The notes: generated by a model from the sequence alone, not told the origin. 64,000 bases of DNA from Hormiphora californensis (GCA_020137815.1 CM035357.1:6386001-6450000), one strand, 5' to 3'. Positions 50,085-63,514 are shown, counted from the first letter of the stretch. Program-made: numbers and translations.

Positions 50085-50603
50085 CTTTTATTTTGACAGT
50101 GCGAGCAGGAAACAATATACTTTCGTTTTGAGGTTTTCAAGAACATGTAAGCAGAGACATTGTGTAAATATTAATTGAAAGTTTTGTATGGCATTATTTG
50201 CTGACTTATGACTTGTCTGTATCTAGCCACCCTTCAAAACAAAGTTTACGCATCAACATGGATCAAGGATCTTGGTTAGAGTATGGCAATCGAAAAAACA
50301 ATTTTCTTCCTGCGATGGGTCAAGAAAAAAAATCAGGAGACCCAGGAGGGGATTCACTACCTGAGACTGAGCTTCACTGAGGTGATGGTCTATCACTGTT
50401 TCTATCGAGGGATTTGAAGGGCGCAGACCGCAGTAACGATACCTAAAAACCGTGAGTGCTTATACTCAAACCACCCAGATTTTAACGCTGGCCTGCTGAC
50501 TGCACTTCAAGTGTAAAGAACGGACGCCGTTATGATATGGGTGTTTGCTGGCCTGTTTACAGGTGCGACTGCGTGCTGCCAAAAAAGTACCATGCACTAA
50601 AAT

Positions 50604-51129
50604 AATAACAATAACAATAACATTTAACATTTATAAATCGCTTTTGAGCGAAAAGTGTTTATCTCGATCGACTTATACTAAAGCGTCCTTTCGATCAAAA
50701 CTCGCTTTCTAAAGCGCATCTTCGTATCAATGTCCTTCCGAAAGTCCTCGTTGTCATATAATTAAATACATAGTTAATAAGTTAATTAAAAAACAGCATA
50801 AACTGTCACATATAATTAATAAATAGTTAATAAGTTAATCAAAACAGCATAAACTGAACACTGAATATCCACAAGATAGAATCAAACAAAAGTCTAGAAA
50901 AATATAGCGCAACAGAGGCCATAGATCTCAACGTAAAAATTACTACACCAGTCTCAATAAGGAACTTGAAAGGTCAAAGGTGTGCCCGTCATGGAAAAAA
51001 TGAGGTCTTAATCAGGTAATGTTGAGCTTGGTCTTGAAAAATGGTGTACTCGTGTCTTGCAGAGTATGATAGTGAACGATAGGACTTCAAATCCCTTTTG
51101 GCAACATTGTGATGTGATATCCTGTGAAT
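50604..51129 (-). mobile_element. 3' fragment of an L2-type LINE/SINE inserted into a MULE-type MITE (50521-51290)
   Basis: Minus strand ends ...CGCTCAAAAGCGATTTATAAATGTTAAATG(TTATTG)n, with a degenerate FKTKL-like ORF2 end. The MITE sequence CACTAAAAT|GGCTCTA is split around it. Confidence 0.55.
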
Positions 51130-51367
51130 AGGCTCTATCCGCCAAACCACTCAACTGTTTTGGCTAATCCAAAGTTTATCTAATAGAAAACTTCAACCCC
51201 TAATCCAAACCCAAACCTCAGCCCTAACCCTACTTTAGCCCTAGCCCCAAAAACCGTGAGTGCTGACACTCCAAACACCAAGATTTTTAAAGATCAAGAA
51301 ACGACGCGATCCGAAAATAAAGATTGCGCGGCTTTCTGCAGCGTTTTCGGCAAACTTTTTAAAGTCC

Positions 51368-51793
51368 GTTTCAAGCGACTTGACCTGTAATTCTTGGAAT
51401 TTGGCGCATAAGGAACCATAATAAAGTTCAAGAGCCTCCAAGAGCACACCACAATCAAGAGAGACCAAATCAAGAGCGCACCACAATCAAGAGAGGCCAA
51501 ATTCAAGAGCGCACCACATCTGGTATCTTCTGGATAGGGAGCTCTCTTGATTGTGGTGCGCTCTTAATTTGGTCTCTCTTGATTGTGGTGTGCTCTTGAT
51601 TTTGGTCTCTCTTGATTGTGGTGTGCTCTTGATTTTGGTCTCTCTTGATTGTGGTGCGCTCTTGATTTTGGTCTCTCTTGGATGGGGTGCGCTCTTGGAG
51701 GCTCTTGAACTTTATTATGGTTCCTTATTGCGCGTGTATTTACAAAGGGGAAATCGTGAATTTCCAGGAATCTCAGGTCAAGTCGTTTGAAAC
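51368..51793. mobile_element. Foldback element whose arms contain 33-bp tandem repeats
   Basis: TTTCAAGCGACTTGACCTG...AAGGAACCATAATAAAGTTCAAGAGCCTCCAAGAGC is mirrored at 51690-51793; ~2.5 vs ~4.5 copies of CTCTCTTGATTGTGGTGTGCTCTTGATTTTGGT. Confidence 0.7.
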
Positions 51794-51817
51794 GCACTTT
51801 AGCCGCGGCACTCATAT

Positions 51818-52040
51818 TAGTGGAAGCTCTTACGGTATTTCCCACGCCCCGTGGGAAAGTTTTTCGACCGTGGGAAAATGTTCGAACCGTGGGAAAAGAG
51901 AGATACATACAATAACTATAAAAATAAATTGTTTTTTATTAGTTATTGCATGTATCTCTCTTTTCCCACGGTTTGAAAACTTTCCCACGGTCGAAAAACT
52001 TTCCCACGGGGCGTGGGAAATACCGTAAGAGCTTCCACTA
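51818..52040. mobile_element. Academ-type palindromic MITE
   Basis: TAGTGGAAGCTCTTACGGTATTTCCCACGCCCCGTGGG ... GCTTCCACTA; 3-bp TSD TAT (51815-51817, 52041-52043); TAG...CTA termini. Confidence 0.75.
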
Positions 52041-52051
52041 TATCAATTTGA

Positions 52052-53700
52052 TTTTTTTTTTTTTTTTTTTTTAAATTCACTAACCCCAACACCGATTGGC
52101 ATCACTTTCCAACAGCCGAAGAGAAGCTGCCGAAGAGAGAAAGGGGGTAACCATATGAAGAGTTAATCGCGATGAGTCTCATTCACATTGGGTTCGATCA
52201 TTTGCCCCCGGTGTTGGGGTTAGTAATAAATAAATCTTAAAATCACTCAAATATTACAATACATAAATAAAATCTCACACATGTTTCAAATATTGAAGTC
52301 CATGTTTTCCAATCCTGTTGGGGCGTACTTTGTACGGCATCCTCTCAGTGACCTCAGGGTGGCTACCAGTAGGCAGAACCTGAGCCGCCTTCTGATTGCC
52401 GCCAAAGCCTCACTGTAGATTTCTCCGTGTTTGTTTTCAATCAGTTTGGCTGTCTTCTTAATCGCTCTGTCCATTTCAGGGCCAACACCACCTGTTGTGG
52501 TAAACACTAGTGGAGAAAAGGTCCCACCCTCGACAATCTGGACTCGTCTCATGTAACATGTCTTCTTGGACTTCTCGTGGTTTTTGTACAGAGATGATGG
52601 CTTGATGTTGAGATAAGAAGCTGCCATCGGGTGACAGACTCTGACATCCATGTAGGACATCTGGTCAGGAGCCCACAATCCCATGCATACGATGTCCATA
52701 CGGGCGTCTCTATCTGTATTTGCCCAAGGATACTTGCTGCATTTCTTGGTCGTAATCCTCACATGGTTGTAGGAGTTTTTCAGTTTCTATAGACCTGACA
52801 CCAGCGTAGGATAAGATATCAGCAAAGTTGTCTCTCAGGCGGTCGTGTCTGTAGATTGTGTAACCACCTTTGTGACAGGACAATGCGTGATCGGCACTGT
52901 TACTGGACCCACATGGGCATTTGGCGGGGAGATCGAGAAACGGTAATCCAAATCGAAGGTGCATCGCATCGACAAACTCTTGTTTGGTCAGGTGATGTCC
53001 ATGTGCTTCGATGGGTCTTGCTGTCAGCCAAGAGGATGCCCCAGGTTCTTGGTTTAGTGATTGTAACCGGTTTTCCGTGTCAGTCATCCTTGCTTTCAGG
53101 GATTTCATCTGGACAAGATGTCTTTCGATTGTACTTTCTTCGCATTCCTTGGTTCTCTCTCTGGTGATCTTTTCGATTTTGTCTATGGTAGGACCATCCA
53201 GTTCTTCATCTGAGAGAAGGTGCTCCACTAATGGGCCTGTGCAGTGGAGAGAATGCTCGTATGCAGTGTCAGCCGAGAGCATTGGGTTTTCAATTCCTAG
53301 ACCCCCCATCTTGACAGGTAGAGCGATAAGTTCCCGTTGCAGATCCGTTACATGTGAGCCGAGCAGAGATGGAATGAATTCGTGGCGGATGATGTTCTCC
53401 AGGGGTTCAAAGAGTAATCCGATTCCAGGAACTGTGCGTTGCATATAACTCCATTTGAATTTGAAGCTCCTTGTGTGGTTTGCATAAGCAACGTGTGGGT
53501 CAGTCTTGGCGATTGTCACTAGGTTTTGAAGAGCTTCGGCCCACTTGGTCACTTCACCAGATACATATTCCTTCTTGTAGGTTTCCGAACCTATGACCGC
53601 CCCAAGATGGCGATTGCCTGTTGTAGTAATAGTCACTCCTGTATCACTAAACATATCCTCAGCTTCACTCAGATGTTCGAGTTTTACAATCAGCACACAA
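52052..53700 (-). mobile_element. 5'-truncated RLE-type non-LTR retrotransposon (CRE-clade-like): end of RT, CCHC knuckle, restriction-like endonuclease, 3' UTR and poly(A)
   Basis: ORFs 53696-52710 and 52762-52286 (one frameshift): GNRHLGAVIG, LPVKMGGLGI, SSWLTARP, CPCG..HALSCHKGG..YRHD, DARMDI..MDVRV..HEKSKK..Y, FSPLVFTTTGG. T-run at 52052-52072 is the poly(A) tail. Confidence 0.85.
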
Positions 53701-53889
53701 TTTAAAATTTTCCCTTGGAATGCGCTGCAGCCCCCTCATGCGCGCACCCCCGCAACGAGGGGACTGGAGGGAATGCCGCGCGCGCGTTTGGCCTGAGCCC
53801 GGCTGGGTCGAAAATAACTTTGCGAGCGAAAAAACGGCGGTGCTTATAACTTTGGCCCCTGAAGTCCGTTTGACTTGATTCTTTCACTA

Positions 53890-54119
53890 TAGTATGATTT
53901 TAAATAACTGTCGTTTTTACCGCACTCGATTTTGCTCTATTATTACAATAACTCCGGTTCCTGATGAGATAAAGACTTGAACTTGGGGGTTGCGAAGAAC
54001 ATGCTAAGTTCTTCCTAACCTCCAAATTTCAAGTCTCTATCTTATCAGGAACTGGAGATATTGTCGTAATAGAGCAAAATCGAGTGCTGTAAAAACGACA
54101 GTTATTTAAAATCAGACTA
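53890..54119. mobile_element. TA-site palindromic MITE inserted in the GC-rich repeat
   Basis: TAGTATGATTTTAAATAACTGTCGTTTTTAC... mirrored at the right end. Flanks rejoin to TAACAGCTAGTGAAAG (minus strand), matching the uninterrupted copy at 28619. Confidence 0.8.
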
Positions 54120-55067
54120 TAGCTGTTAGATCTGACAATTATCTACCTTGCTGTTTTTGAGAGGAGTTAATTGGACTTCAGGAGGCTGAGTTGGGCACGT
54201 CGCGCCCTCTTTTTTCGCGCGCGATTTTTCGCGAACCCCTCACACAGAGGGCACAGTCACGACTAGAGCACTCGGAAAGTCCTTAGCTTTGCTAAACGGC
54301 GCTAGTTAGCGCTTTAATTTTTGGTTTTTCTGATCGGCACTATCTCAAACTGGTGCAACGTATTTGTCTCGATCTATAACTCTCAAAAACAGTGGCGTAA
54401 TCGCCGATTTCTGTATACAGTTTTTTGGCGATTACGAGAGATTGAGGGATCTGACAAACACAAAATTCTGGATTTATAAACTTCAGACAATTTGCCACCT
54501 TCCTACCAAAGGATTTTGTCTGGGGACTTCTGGCCTTTGATTGACAGCCAATTAAAAATAGTTGTCCTGAATTTAGTGGGGCTTAGTGTGGCTAAACCAT
54601 GGCCATAGCATAACCATCTTTTTTTTGCAGGTAGAGGTACTGAACGTGGCAACGTGTAGGTGGCCAGGTCTGAAACGATTTCTAGGCTGATGAAAGACTC
54701 TTTAACTTTTGAGTTGAAAAACAGGTTTTGGGACAAAATGGACACTTTTCCTTGTCCAATTGGAGAACTCTTGACATTTTCTGACTTATTTGTACGTTTT
54801 AATGAAATATTGTGTCTAAATAGCCTCTAATCACTTAATTAAGTGTGTTGCACGCGCAAATATAAAGCCGCGCCTATTTTTTGAAAACATTGCGCGCGTT
54901 TTGAAATTAAAAAAATCTTTGCTGAGCTCAGCAAAGATTTTTTTTAATTTCGAAAGCAAACTCTCAAACAAACTTTCCACTTTCCACTTTGAAAAGCGCT
55001 GCCATATCCCGGGCCAGCAACGTTTGCCAACTTTCCACTCAAACCACAGAAAGATGAGGTAAATAAA

Positions 55068-55292
55068 GGCGGGATTATAATCTGGGTGCCTTGCAACTGT
55101 TTACAGGTGCACGCTACCAAAATATAGTACACTTGGATCGACTTTTTCAAAGTTCAAACACGCAACCACATGGCCGATTTGAGTAAACTAAACGGCATCT
55201 GATAGAGATTCGATAGAGCTAACCTACCCTAACTGGCGCGCCCGAACGACGAATCGTTGGTAATGGAAGGCACCCAGATTTTAACGCCGGCT
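55068..55292. mobile_element. MULE-type MITE (family B)
   Basis: Homologous to 23941-24469 minus the nested copy; 9-bp TSD GTAAATAAA / GTAAAGAAA. Confidence 0.75.
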
Positions 55293-55539
55293 GTAAAGAA
55301 AGACAAAGCTAAGCTATGAATTAACATCGCGTAACTAAAACAACTAGCGAATTTGGCTGCGAAGCAGCCTCCACAGGGTGTGAGGGTTTCGCGAAAAAAG
55401 AGGGCGGACGTGCCCCATTATTGTGTGTGCTAGAGTTCAACTATTTCCTCAAACATACATGATACATCACTACCAGTACCTATCTACTACTTTACCTAAC
55501 CCCTCCCTTACCACATTACTAACCACACACCACTCCCAG

Positions 55540-58062
55540 GTGTTACTGCGACCAGTGTATGGATGGCTACTACTACAGCGGTTCCGAATGTGTGCCGTGT
55601 GAGTGTGTCCCCATTGGTAGTGCCTCGGAGGTATGCAACAAGCGAACTGGGCAGTGCCCCTGTACCGGATCTGGGTACCTGACACCCCGGACTTGTTACA
55701 GCTGCCCAAGTGGTACCTACCAGAGGAGCGGCAGGTGTATCGGTACGTGTTAACTATGGAGAGCTCCACACCTCGTTCGGCAAGATCAGATCTGTGCTCC
55801 TCTCAATGAGAGTCTCATTCTAAATCCTCTCAATTCTACAGACTGCAATTCTAGATCCCCCACTCCATTTTATTATCCCAATCCCACTCTCATCTCTACA
55901 GATTTCAATTCTAATGCCCCTCTCATTTCATTATCATCATCCCACTCCCATCTCTACAAATTGCAATCCCCCACTCTCACCTCTACGATTGCAACTGGGT
56001 GCGGGAGCGGTGGGGGGAGTGTGACAACAGGGAAGGTGCACGTGCGCTCCAAATGTCCCGGACACGGTGTGACAGATGTAGAGAGGGGATGTGGGGTATC
56101 AGTTCCCGGGGATGCAGGCGTGTGATGTAACGAGTATGGAGTCATTGGTAACCGGTAGATGATAATCTGGGACTGAGGATGAACCGTGAGTTATTAGTTT
56201 AATTAGGTTATGTAATACGTAATTAGTTGTCATTAATCCCCTCTCCCTCCCCAATACTAAAAACAAACACCTATAAAAAAAAAAGAATATAATCTATAGC
56301 ATAATATAAAGACAAACAGACTCATATACACAAACAAACAGAACCACTAAACCACAAACCATACTAATAAACAAAAAAAACACACAAAAAAAAAGAAATA
56401 AAATAAAAAAAAAAAAACAAAAAAAAAAAACCTCAAAACACAAAGAAAAAAAAAACAACAAAACAAAAAAAAAAAAAAAAAAAAAAAAAATAACAAAGTC
56501 AAAATAGACAGTAAAAAAAAAAAGAAGAAGCAGAAAAGACGACAGAAGAACAAAGATCAAAAAAGAAAGAGCCAAACAAGTAGTCGAAAAAAACCAAATA
56601 AAAAAAAAGTAGAAATTACAACAAATTATTTCAAAAATGCAGTTGGCAGTCGTCTAAACATAAAATAAATTGAAAAATATACTCAATAGTGAAGTCTGCC
56701 TGTAGTGGTACTGTAAGGAGATAGGGGTTGTTTTGTTGTTTACATGTCAGGAGATAGAAGATTTGAGAAGATGGAGTGGGGGGGGACTGTACTAGCTTAC
56801 TACCAAGATTAGGATTACAAGAAAGGATAAAAAGAACGGAGACCAACGGCAGTGGGCTACAGTGGGCACAAGAGAGGATCAATAGCCCCAGGACAGCCAA
56901 CCCTAACGAAAGAAGAACAGGGGACAGAAAAAAGTGAGAAAGATAGACCACACCCCCAAACACAAGAAGACAGAAGAAGAAAACACCCGAAGGCAACAAG
57001 GGGGATAAAAAGACATAGGCAGCCCCCGGACAATTAACCCTACCTGAGGATCAACAAGCTTAAGGCGTTGTTGTTAACTGTAAGGAGCTAAGAAGGATGG
57101 CAAGGGGGCGGCAGTGGTGCTTACAAGATCTAGGGCTGCTACAAGATAGGTAGTAGATACAATAGCGACAGTTGAGGGGGTGCCACTCTCGATTGGTAGG
57201 ACGTCTGTTAACTATACGATGAGGATACCTTGGAGTGTTACAGGTAAAAAATGGGCAAGGAAATACTTTTTTACCCCAAAAACTGCCCTATTAGATTCCC
57301 ATCACTCCAACAGGTTAACTAATTAGTTAGTTAGTACTAACACATCACCCTCTCTCCCAGAGTGTCAATGTCACCCTAACACATCACCCCTCCCTCTCTC
57401 CCAGAGTGTCATGCCAACCCTCAAGGAGCGAGGGACCAGGGAACGTGTCACCTTACACGGGGACAATGCGAGTGTAGGGAAGTCACTACACAGGCATACT
57501 GTGACATAAGTAAGTGGAACATTTCCCCAGCTCTCAGTTTACTGACAAAAATACCCCTCAGTTCTCTATCGATCACCTTCCCACATCTATATTCATCCCT
57601 ATTATCAGCTCTAAAAACCCCCTTCTCCTCCAGGTGGTACCCCGTAACCTGGTTGCCTCTGAGGTCTCCTTTAAACTACGGTGCCGGAAGTGCCAGTGTT
57701 CCCCAGGGAGCCAACCTGGTTGCCATGCCTGCCGGAGGTGCGCCCGAGGTTTTGAGGCCGTCTGCTCCATCAACGGACAGCAGTGTAAAGAGACACAACC
57801 TCCCCTTGTGAGTAAAGGGTGGACTTAGCTGGGGTCCAAACTACTCAACAAACTCCGCAATATTTACAACAAGTTGTGTTTTATCGAGCTCTACATTTGA
57901 AGCCATTCAAGAACTCTATCCCCTTCCTCTCTAACTCCCCTCCTCTCTAACCCTCCTCTCTCTGCAGGTTTCTGTTCCCCGAAAGCCACATGAGGGCCAG
58001 TAACAGCCGACCGGCCACATGGTAGTCAAGTACGGTGTAACACACTCACTTGGTCGCCGCTA
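55540..58062 (+). CDS. 3' exons of a laminin-type EGF (LE) repeat protein; sequence error-ridden, 5' part not located
   Basis: Exon 55540-55742 CYCDQCMDGYY...CECVPIGSASEVCNKRTGQCPC...TCYSCPSG. Further Cys-patterned exons at ~55987-56150, 57405-57508 (QGARDQGTCHLTRGQCECRESHYTGILCD), 57634-57808 and ~57968-58062. Confidence 0.7.
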
Positions 58063-59309
58063 ACGCCAATGATGATGCGATCCTGCTAAACTGTCCAATA
58101 TGTCCAAAATGAGAGAGAACTGTCCATGATGATTTGCCCAATATTTTTGTTTTCCAGAATTAAAAGACTGATATTTGCGCTTTGTGACCCCAATATATTA
58201 TTTTCCACATGACCTATTCGAGAGAGAGGATCCTTTGTTAAATTCACATTACATGTATGTATATTAACGTTATAACAGATTCAGAATAGTATGTGTGGTG
58301 TGTGTGTGTGTGTATTTGATAATTCATTAGTTTCCTTTAATTATTTCACCATCTCCTTATCCGAGATGTTTTGAACTTTGAATGGACTGGGACAGGGAGA
58401 CCGAGACGTGCCACGTGCCCAATTCTGGGAAGGGGGTAGCGCCAGACCGTGTACCATTTTGGGTACTTTAGGGACCATTTTTCGGGAATTGTTCACATGG
58501 AGATGCCAGAATCCAGATTCTCCAGTGTCATATAGCAGCCAGATGAACATCCCAAGTATTATATATAGTCCTCCCAGGACCTGCAAGCCGCTTCCTAAAG
58601 CAATTTGGGGCTGTCACCGAAAGGATATCGGCCGCCGGAGACAGTACTGAAAATGGGAAAGGCTTATCTTGGAGGTGTTGGACTACTCCCTGGACCCCCC
58701 CCCCTGGCGACGGTTCTTCATGCCAGATACCAAAATATCATAGAACATGAAATAGATGTCAGGCAGTCTGCTCTTTCTAGGTAATAATAATAATAATACT
58801 CAAACTTATATCCTGCCCATATTCTACAGGGACAGCAGAGCTTTACAGATGCTGCCACTGAAAGAAACTCAGAGCAGTTAACTAACACTTGACCCAATTT
58901 AATAGACAACTAAAAAACGGTGGAAAATCCAATTATCCGGCTCACATATGGTGGGAAAACAGAGTTAGGCTCATAACAGACAAATTAGAAAAAAAACTCG
59001 AAAAAGGTCCACAGGTTAATTGTCACCACTGCACTTGATCACTCCATATATATAGACACAGATGAAATGTTCAGAGAACAGATTCTGAAACACTGGGAAA
59101 ACTGAAAAACGGAAAAATATTACACACTCGTGTTCACTCATGCTGCAAACTCAAAGAATAAAGCTAAGTTAAAAACTTGTCACGAGGTGAAGATACAGAC
59201 CTAAGTCACAATACTTACGCTAGACAGTACAGCGTGATGGGAGGAGTACATGCAGTACCGGAAAAAGAGAAAGTAGGCTGATATAAAGGAGAAAATAACC
59301 GGAAACTAG

Positions 59310-60292
59310 CCTATCCAAAGGCATCCACAAACATCTTGTCTTTAACCCGTTTTGAAAGATTCCGCAGTAGCCGGAGATCGCAAACTCAAGGGGGAGTGCA
59401 TTCCACGATCTGGCAGGAGAACAGATGGTCTCCTTTCTTCCTCAGTTTTAGAATTGGCATAATGCTCACAGCTTCGGGTACTGGAGCTTATAAGGGTCTG
59501 GAACAGCAGTCGATCTGGTACGGCAAGTAACACTCAACGATATCTGTAGGTATTTTGCTCGATGAGGTAACTGGAGCACTTCCATGTCAATCTTATAGGC
59601 CATGAGACAGGCCTTAAAGATCACTCGTTGCTCCACGGAAGAATGTGGGTTTCTCTCATGTAAGGATGGGTTAGTCCTCTTGATGACCGTGGAGTCCATA
59701 GATAACCTATTAAGAAGTTGATCACTTTCTGTAGACGAGAATGAGCTTCATTGGCAAACCTCGTAGAGGACATTGCAGTAATCCAAGCGGGATATAACCA
59801 GCTGCTTAAACAAAGAAGGATTCTGTAGAGAAGTCTAAGCATCGGTTGGACCTGCCACAAATTCCTCGAACATTCCACAGTTTCTTTTGACACTGTTCAC
59901 TGACGTTCCAATGTCAGTTCTCATCCATATAATACCCAGAGTCTTTCCGGTAGTACCTGTGAAGTCAACTGGGTAGATATCTGCATCTCCAAACCTATAC
60001 GGGTTCAAAAGCCAGCTTGTCAATTGCACTGCTCTTCCCTAGAAGAAGGAGCTCCGTCTTCGACTCATACATTTCAGCCAATGCTGAACCATCCAAATCT
60101 TGATCTGATCAGACACCTTCTTCACTTTCCCTTGTGATTATTCCATCCACTTTCATCAAGAGGGACTAGACTCACATATATTTGAGAGTCATCTGCATAG
60201 AGCTTGATTTTGAGTCCATATTTGTACAGATCCTGTAGTTCCTCAACATATAAAAAAAACAAAACCGGTCCAAGAAGGACCCTTGGGGCACT
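59310..60292 (-). mobile_element. Degenerate L2-clade LINE reverse transcriptase, C-terminal part
   Basis: VPQGSFLGPVLF, KLYADDSQIY, WMVQHWLKM, RLDYCN, RVIFKACLMAYK, RSWNALP..LRS..ESFK, with many frameshifts and stops. Confidence 0.8.
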
Positions 60293-60399
60293 CACACAAT
60301 GAGGTAGATAATCTTCGAAAGGTAAATATAATATATTTTCTCAGACATATACGATGGACTCCAATCTAGATTGGTCGTCACAGTTTCATTCCATTCCTT

Positions 60400-61885
60400 C
60401 ATCCATCCCTCCCTGCGAGAGACTTTGAGGGACAGACGAGAAAGAGAGAAGACGCCGGGAGAGAGAGAGCAGCAGGCAGAGGAGAGGAGCAGAGAGCGAC
60501 GAGAGCCGGAGGGAGAGGGACGCGGACGGAGAGTGTCGAGAGGAGAGCACAGAGGACAGAGGGCGCCGCCACGGAGCAAGGAGACCTAGACACCGAAAGA
60601 GAGGGCCGAAAGACGCAAGGCCATCGCCGGAGAGCGGAAAGCGCGAGAGGCAGAAGCGGACGAGACAGACCGACGACTAGGAGACGAAAGGGACGAGAAG
60701 GGAACGAGAGAGAAGGAGCCAAGCTGACGAGGCAAGGAGAGAGGAGAGGAGAGTGATGAGATGAGGAGGGGCGACCGACGAGCGAAGGAGAAAGAGAGCA
60801 ACGAGCCGAGCAAGACGAGCAGAGTCCGAGACACCCACCCGAGCGCCCCCGAGGAGGAGCGAGACGAGACGAGAGCGAGAGAGGAAGACAGACAGACCGA
60901 GAGCAGACGCGAGAGAGAGAGACCAACGATGCGAAAAGCGCACGAGAGAAGAGAGAGGAGAACGAGAGAGAGAAAGAGAGGAGAGAGAGAGCAGACGAGA
61001 GAAGACGGGATAACCGAACCGAAGAGATCGACGTCAACGAGAAAGAAGACCTGAAGGAGGGAAAAGAAGAAGAGGAGAAGGACGGAGACGACCGGCGAGG
61101 GCAGGAGACAGAGACGAGGAAAGGAGCGGAGCGAAGACCGAGACCCGACCGGAGGAGGAGAGGAGAGAAGGAAAGATGGAGAGAAATAAGAAGAGGGACG
61201 GACGAGAGAAGGAGACCAAGAGATGCCCACGGAGAGAGACGAGAGAGAGAGGCGAGACCAGGAGAACCGAGAGACGAACCGACGCGAAGAGAGCCGAGAG
61301 AAGAAGAGAAACGAGAGGAGAGGTGGATGAGAGAGAGAGAGAGAGAGGAGAGACGAGCACAACGGAGAAGCGAGGAGAGAAGAGGAGAGGAGAAGAGAGG
61401 GAAGAGAGACGGAGAGACGAGAGAGCCGGAGAGAGAGAGAGAAGAGAAGCGATAAGGAAGGGAAGAGACGAGAGGTGGAGAGAGAGGGGAGAGAGGAGCG
61501 AGAAAAGAGAAGGAGAAGAGAGAGACAGAGACGGAGAAGGAGAGAGAGAGAGAGAGAGATGAGAGAGGGAGAGGAGAGAGGAGAGAGAGAGAGAGAGAGA
61601 GAGAAGAGAAGAGAGAGAGGAGAGAGAGAGAGGAGAGAGAGGAGAGAGATTGAGAGCGATCAAAAGACACTTGAAAAGCATGTGACCACTGAGAAAGTAG
61701 TATAATAAAAAAACCAAAAACAAAAAAAACCACACCCCAAAACACAACCAACAAACACCCCCACCAAAAACACCCCAAAAACCCACACCCCCCCACCCAC
61801 CACCCCCCCCACACCCACCACCCCCCCCCCCCCCCCACCCCCCCCCCCCACCCCCCCCCCCCCCGCCCCCCCCACCCCCCCCTTA

Positions 61886-61920
<35 letters not shown>

Positions 61921-61964
61921 TTATCTATAATATAAAGGAAACCCCCGATATACCGTGCAAAATG

Positions 61965-62005
<41 letters not shown>

Positions 62006-62010
62006 ATGGA
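60400..62010. repeat. Garbled GA-rich and poly-C low-complexity tract, probably low-quality sequence; similar tracts at 16130-16570, 17430-18050, 43080-43340, 56260-56620
   Basis: Extreme purine skew and no coherent period. Confidence 0.8.
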
Positions 62011-63363
62011 TCCTGGTATATCGGGGTGGAATGTGATGAAGTAGTATCTCCACAAAACCTCCCATTCATATTTGTCCTTAACCGTTTTATTTTCATCCAG
62101 ACGTTTCTACGAGATCATTTGGATCGGCCTTCCAGTCTCTTCGATAATATGTCTCCTTCCGTGAGATTGAAAATACAAGGTATAAAATGCTTTATATGGC
62201 AGTAGGAATTAATTAAAAAATAAATACATGCATATTAAGAACAAATTATCTCAGTTTAGTTCATTGTCACAGTTAGTTACTCATACTTTAGTGATAGTTC
62301 ATTCTTAAAATGTCCATAACTTATATATATTACCACCCTTTCTATTTAGGTACTGGAGTTATCCTTGTATGGGTCACTTTCTTGAGCCTCTACAGTGTAG
62401 AGTCTACACCTCCCCCTCCCCCATCCCTTCCCACTCTGTTCATGTTCACAGTCCGAGATATGAGGCTCCACCCTCGGGATAGCCGTCAGTCCGCCAGGTA
62501 TTTTCTACCCACTCTCTTTAGTATTATACTTCAATTTCCGTGACGAGGCTTTTACAGTATTTTACTAGCCTTCTATCAGGTTTTCAGGGCCCCTTAGCTG
62601 CAGCAGACGCGGTGTGGGGTCCCTAGTGTGTACGGATTTTATGTGTGTATTGAATTCCTTACCTTTGTATGTACATTGTATGTACATTGTACACCTAAAA
62701 TAGTTCTTCCCAGTAAATTCTGCCGCCAAAATCAGGAGCGGGGTGCGCGGGGCGCGCGCAATCTATAGTAAGTAGATACTCAAACTGTCAGCATTTGGTC
62801 TCGCGCATACCACGCTATGCATTTTTCTTATCATGACTACAGCCCCTCCTGCGGAGGGGCTGCTTCGCAGCCAAGAGGCTGAGCAATAACCGTTCAAAGA
62901 TTGGTTGTTTTCAAAAAGTGACGTCACAGGTCCATGCAGGGACACTTTGTTTCAAATTTGAATTAAATCTCGAATTTTTTTATTTTACCGCACTCGATTT
63001 TGCGGAGTTTGGTTCATATCTTTCTGTTCTGATAAGATAGAGACCTGCAACCGGTTGCATTTGAAAGCTGTATCTTTCTCTTTCCAACGCTACCAAAACG
63101 ATTTCTGTACCTTATCTGGAACCGGAGATATGATTGATTATGTATTCCCCCCTAGCGCGGTATTCCCTCCAGGCCCCTTATATTATATTATAAGGGGCCT
63201 GCAACGTATGCCAAATAAAAATTTTCCCGAAAAAATCCGCACCGCGCCGGCCGCCGACGCCGACGCGGCCGCTCAGTGATGTGTTCGTCAGGCCAGCGTT
63301 AAAATCTGGGTGTTTCGTGAGTGCTGACAAACGGTTTTTCAGGGTTAGTGCTAAAGTAGGGTA

Positions 63364-63514
63364 AAGTCGGATTTTTTGAAGTTGTCACCCCCCTTCTCGT
63401 GCGCGGAATGTTTTTGCGCGTCACATCACATGTTAACGTGTGGTGTGCGCGTCAAAATTGATAAATTTCACATGCGCGGTCATTTTGGGGTGACAACTTC
63501 AAAAAATCCGACTT
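63364..63514. mobile_element. TA-flanked MITE nested in a MULE-type MITE remnant
   Basis: AAGTCGGATTTTTTGAAGTTGTCACCCC ... GGGGTGACAACTTCAAAAAATCCGACTT; TA at 63362-63363 and 63515-63516. Confidence 0.85.

Noticed and set aside
60399-62096. 565-aa and overlapping Ser/Leu- or Arg/Glu-rich ORFs
   Set aside because: Low-complexity, probably low-quality GA/poly-C sequence with no domain signal.
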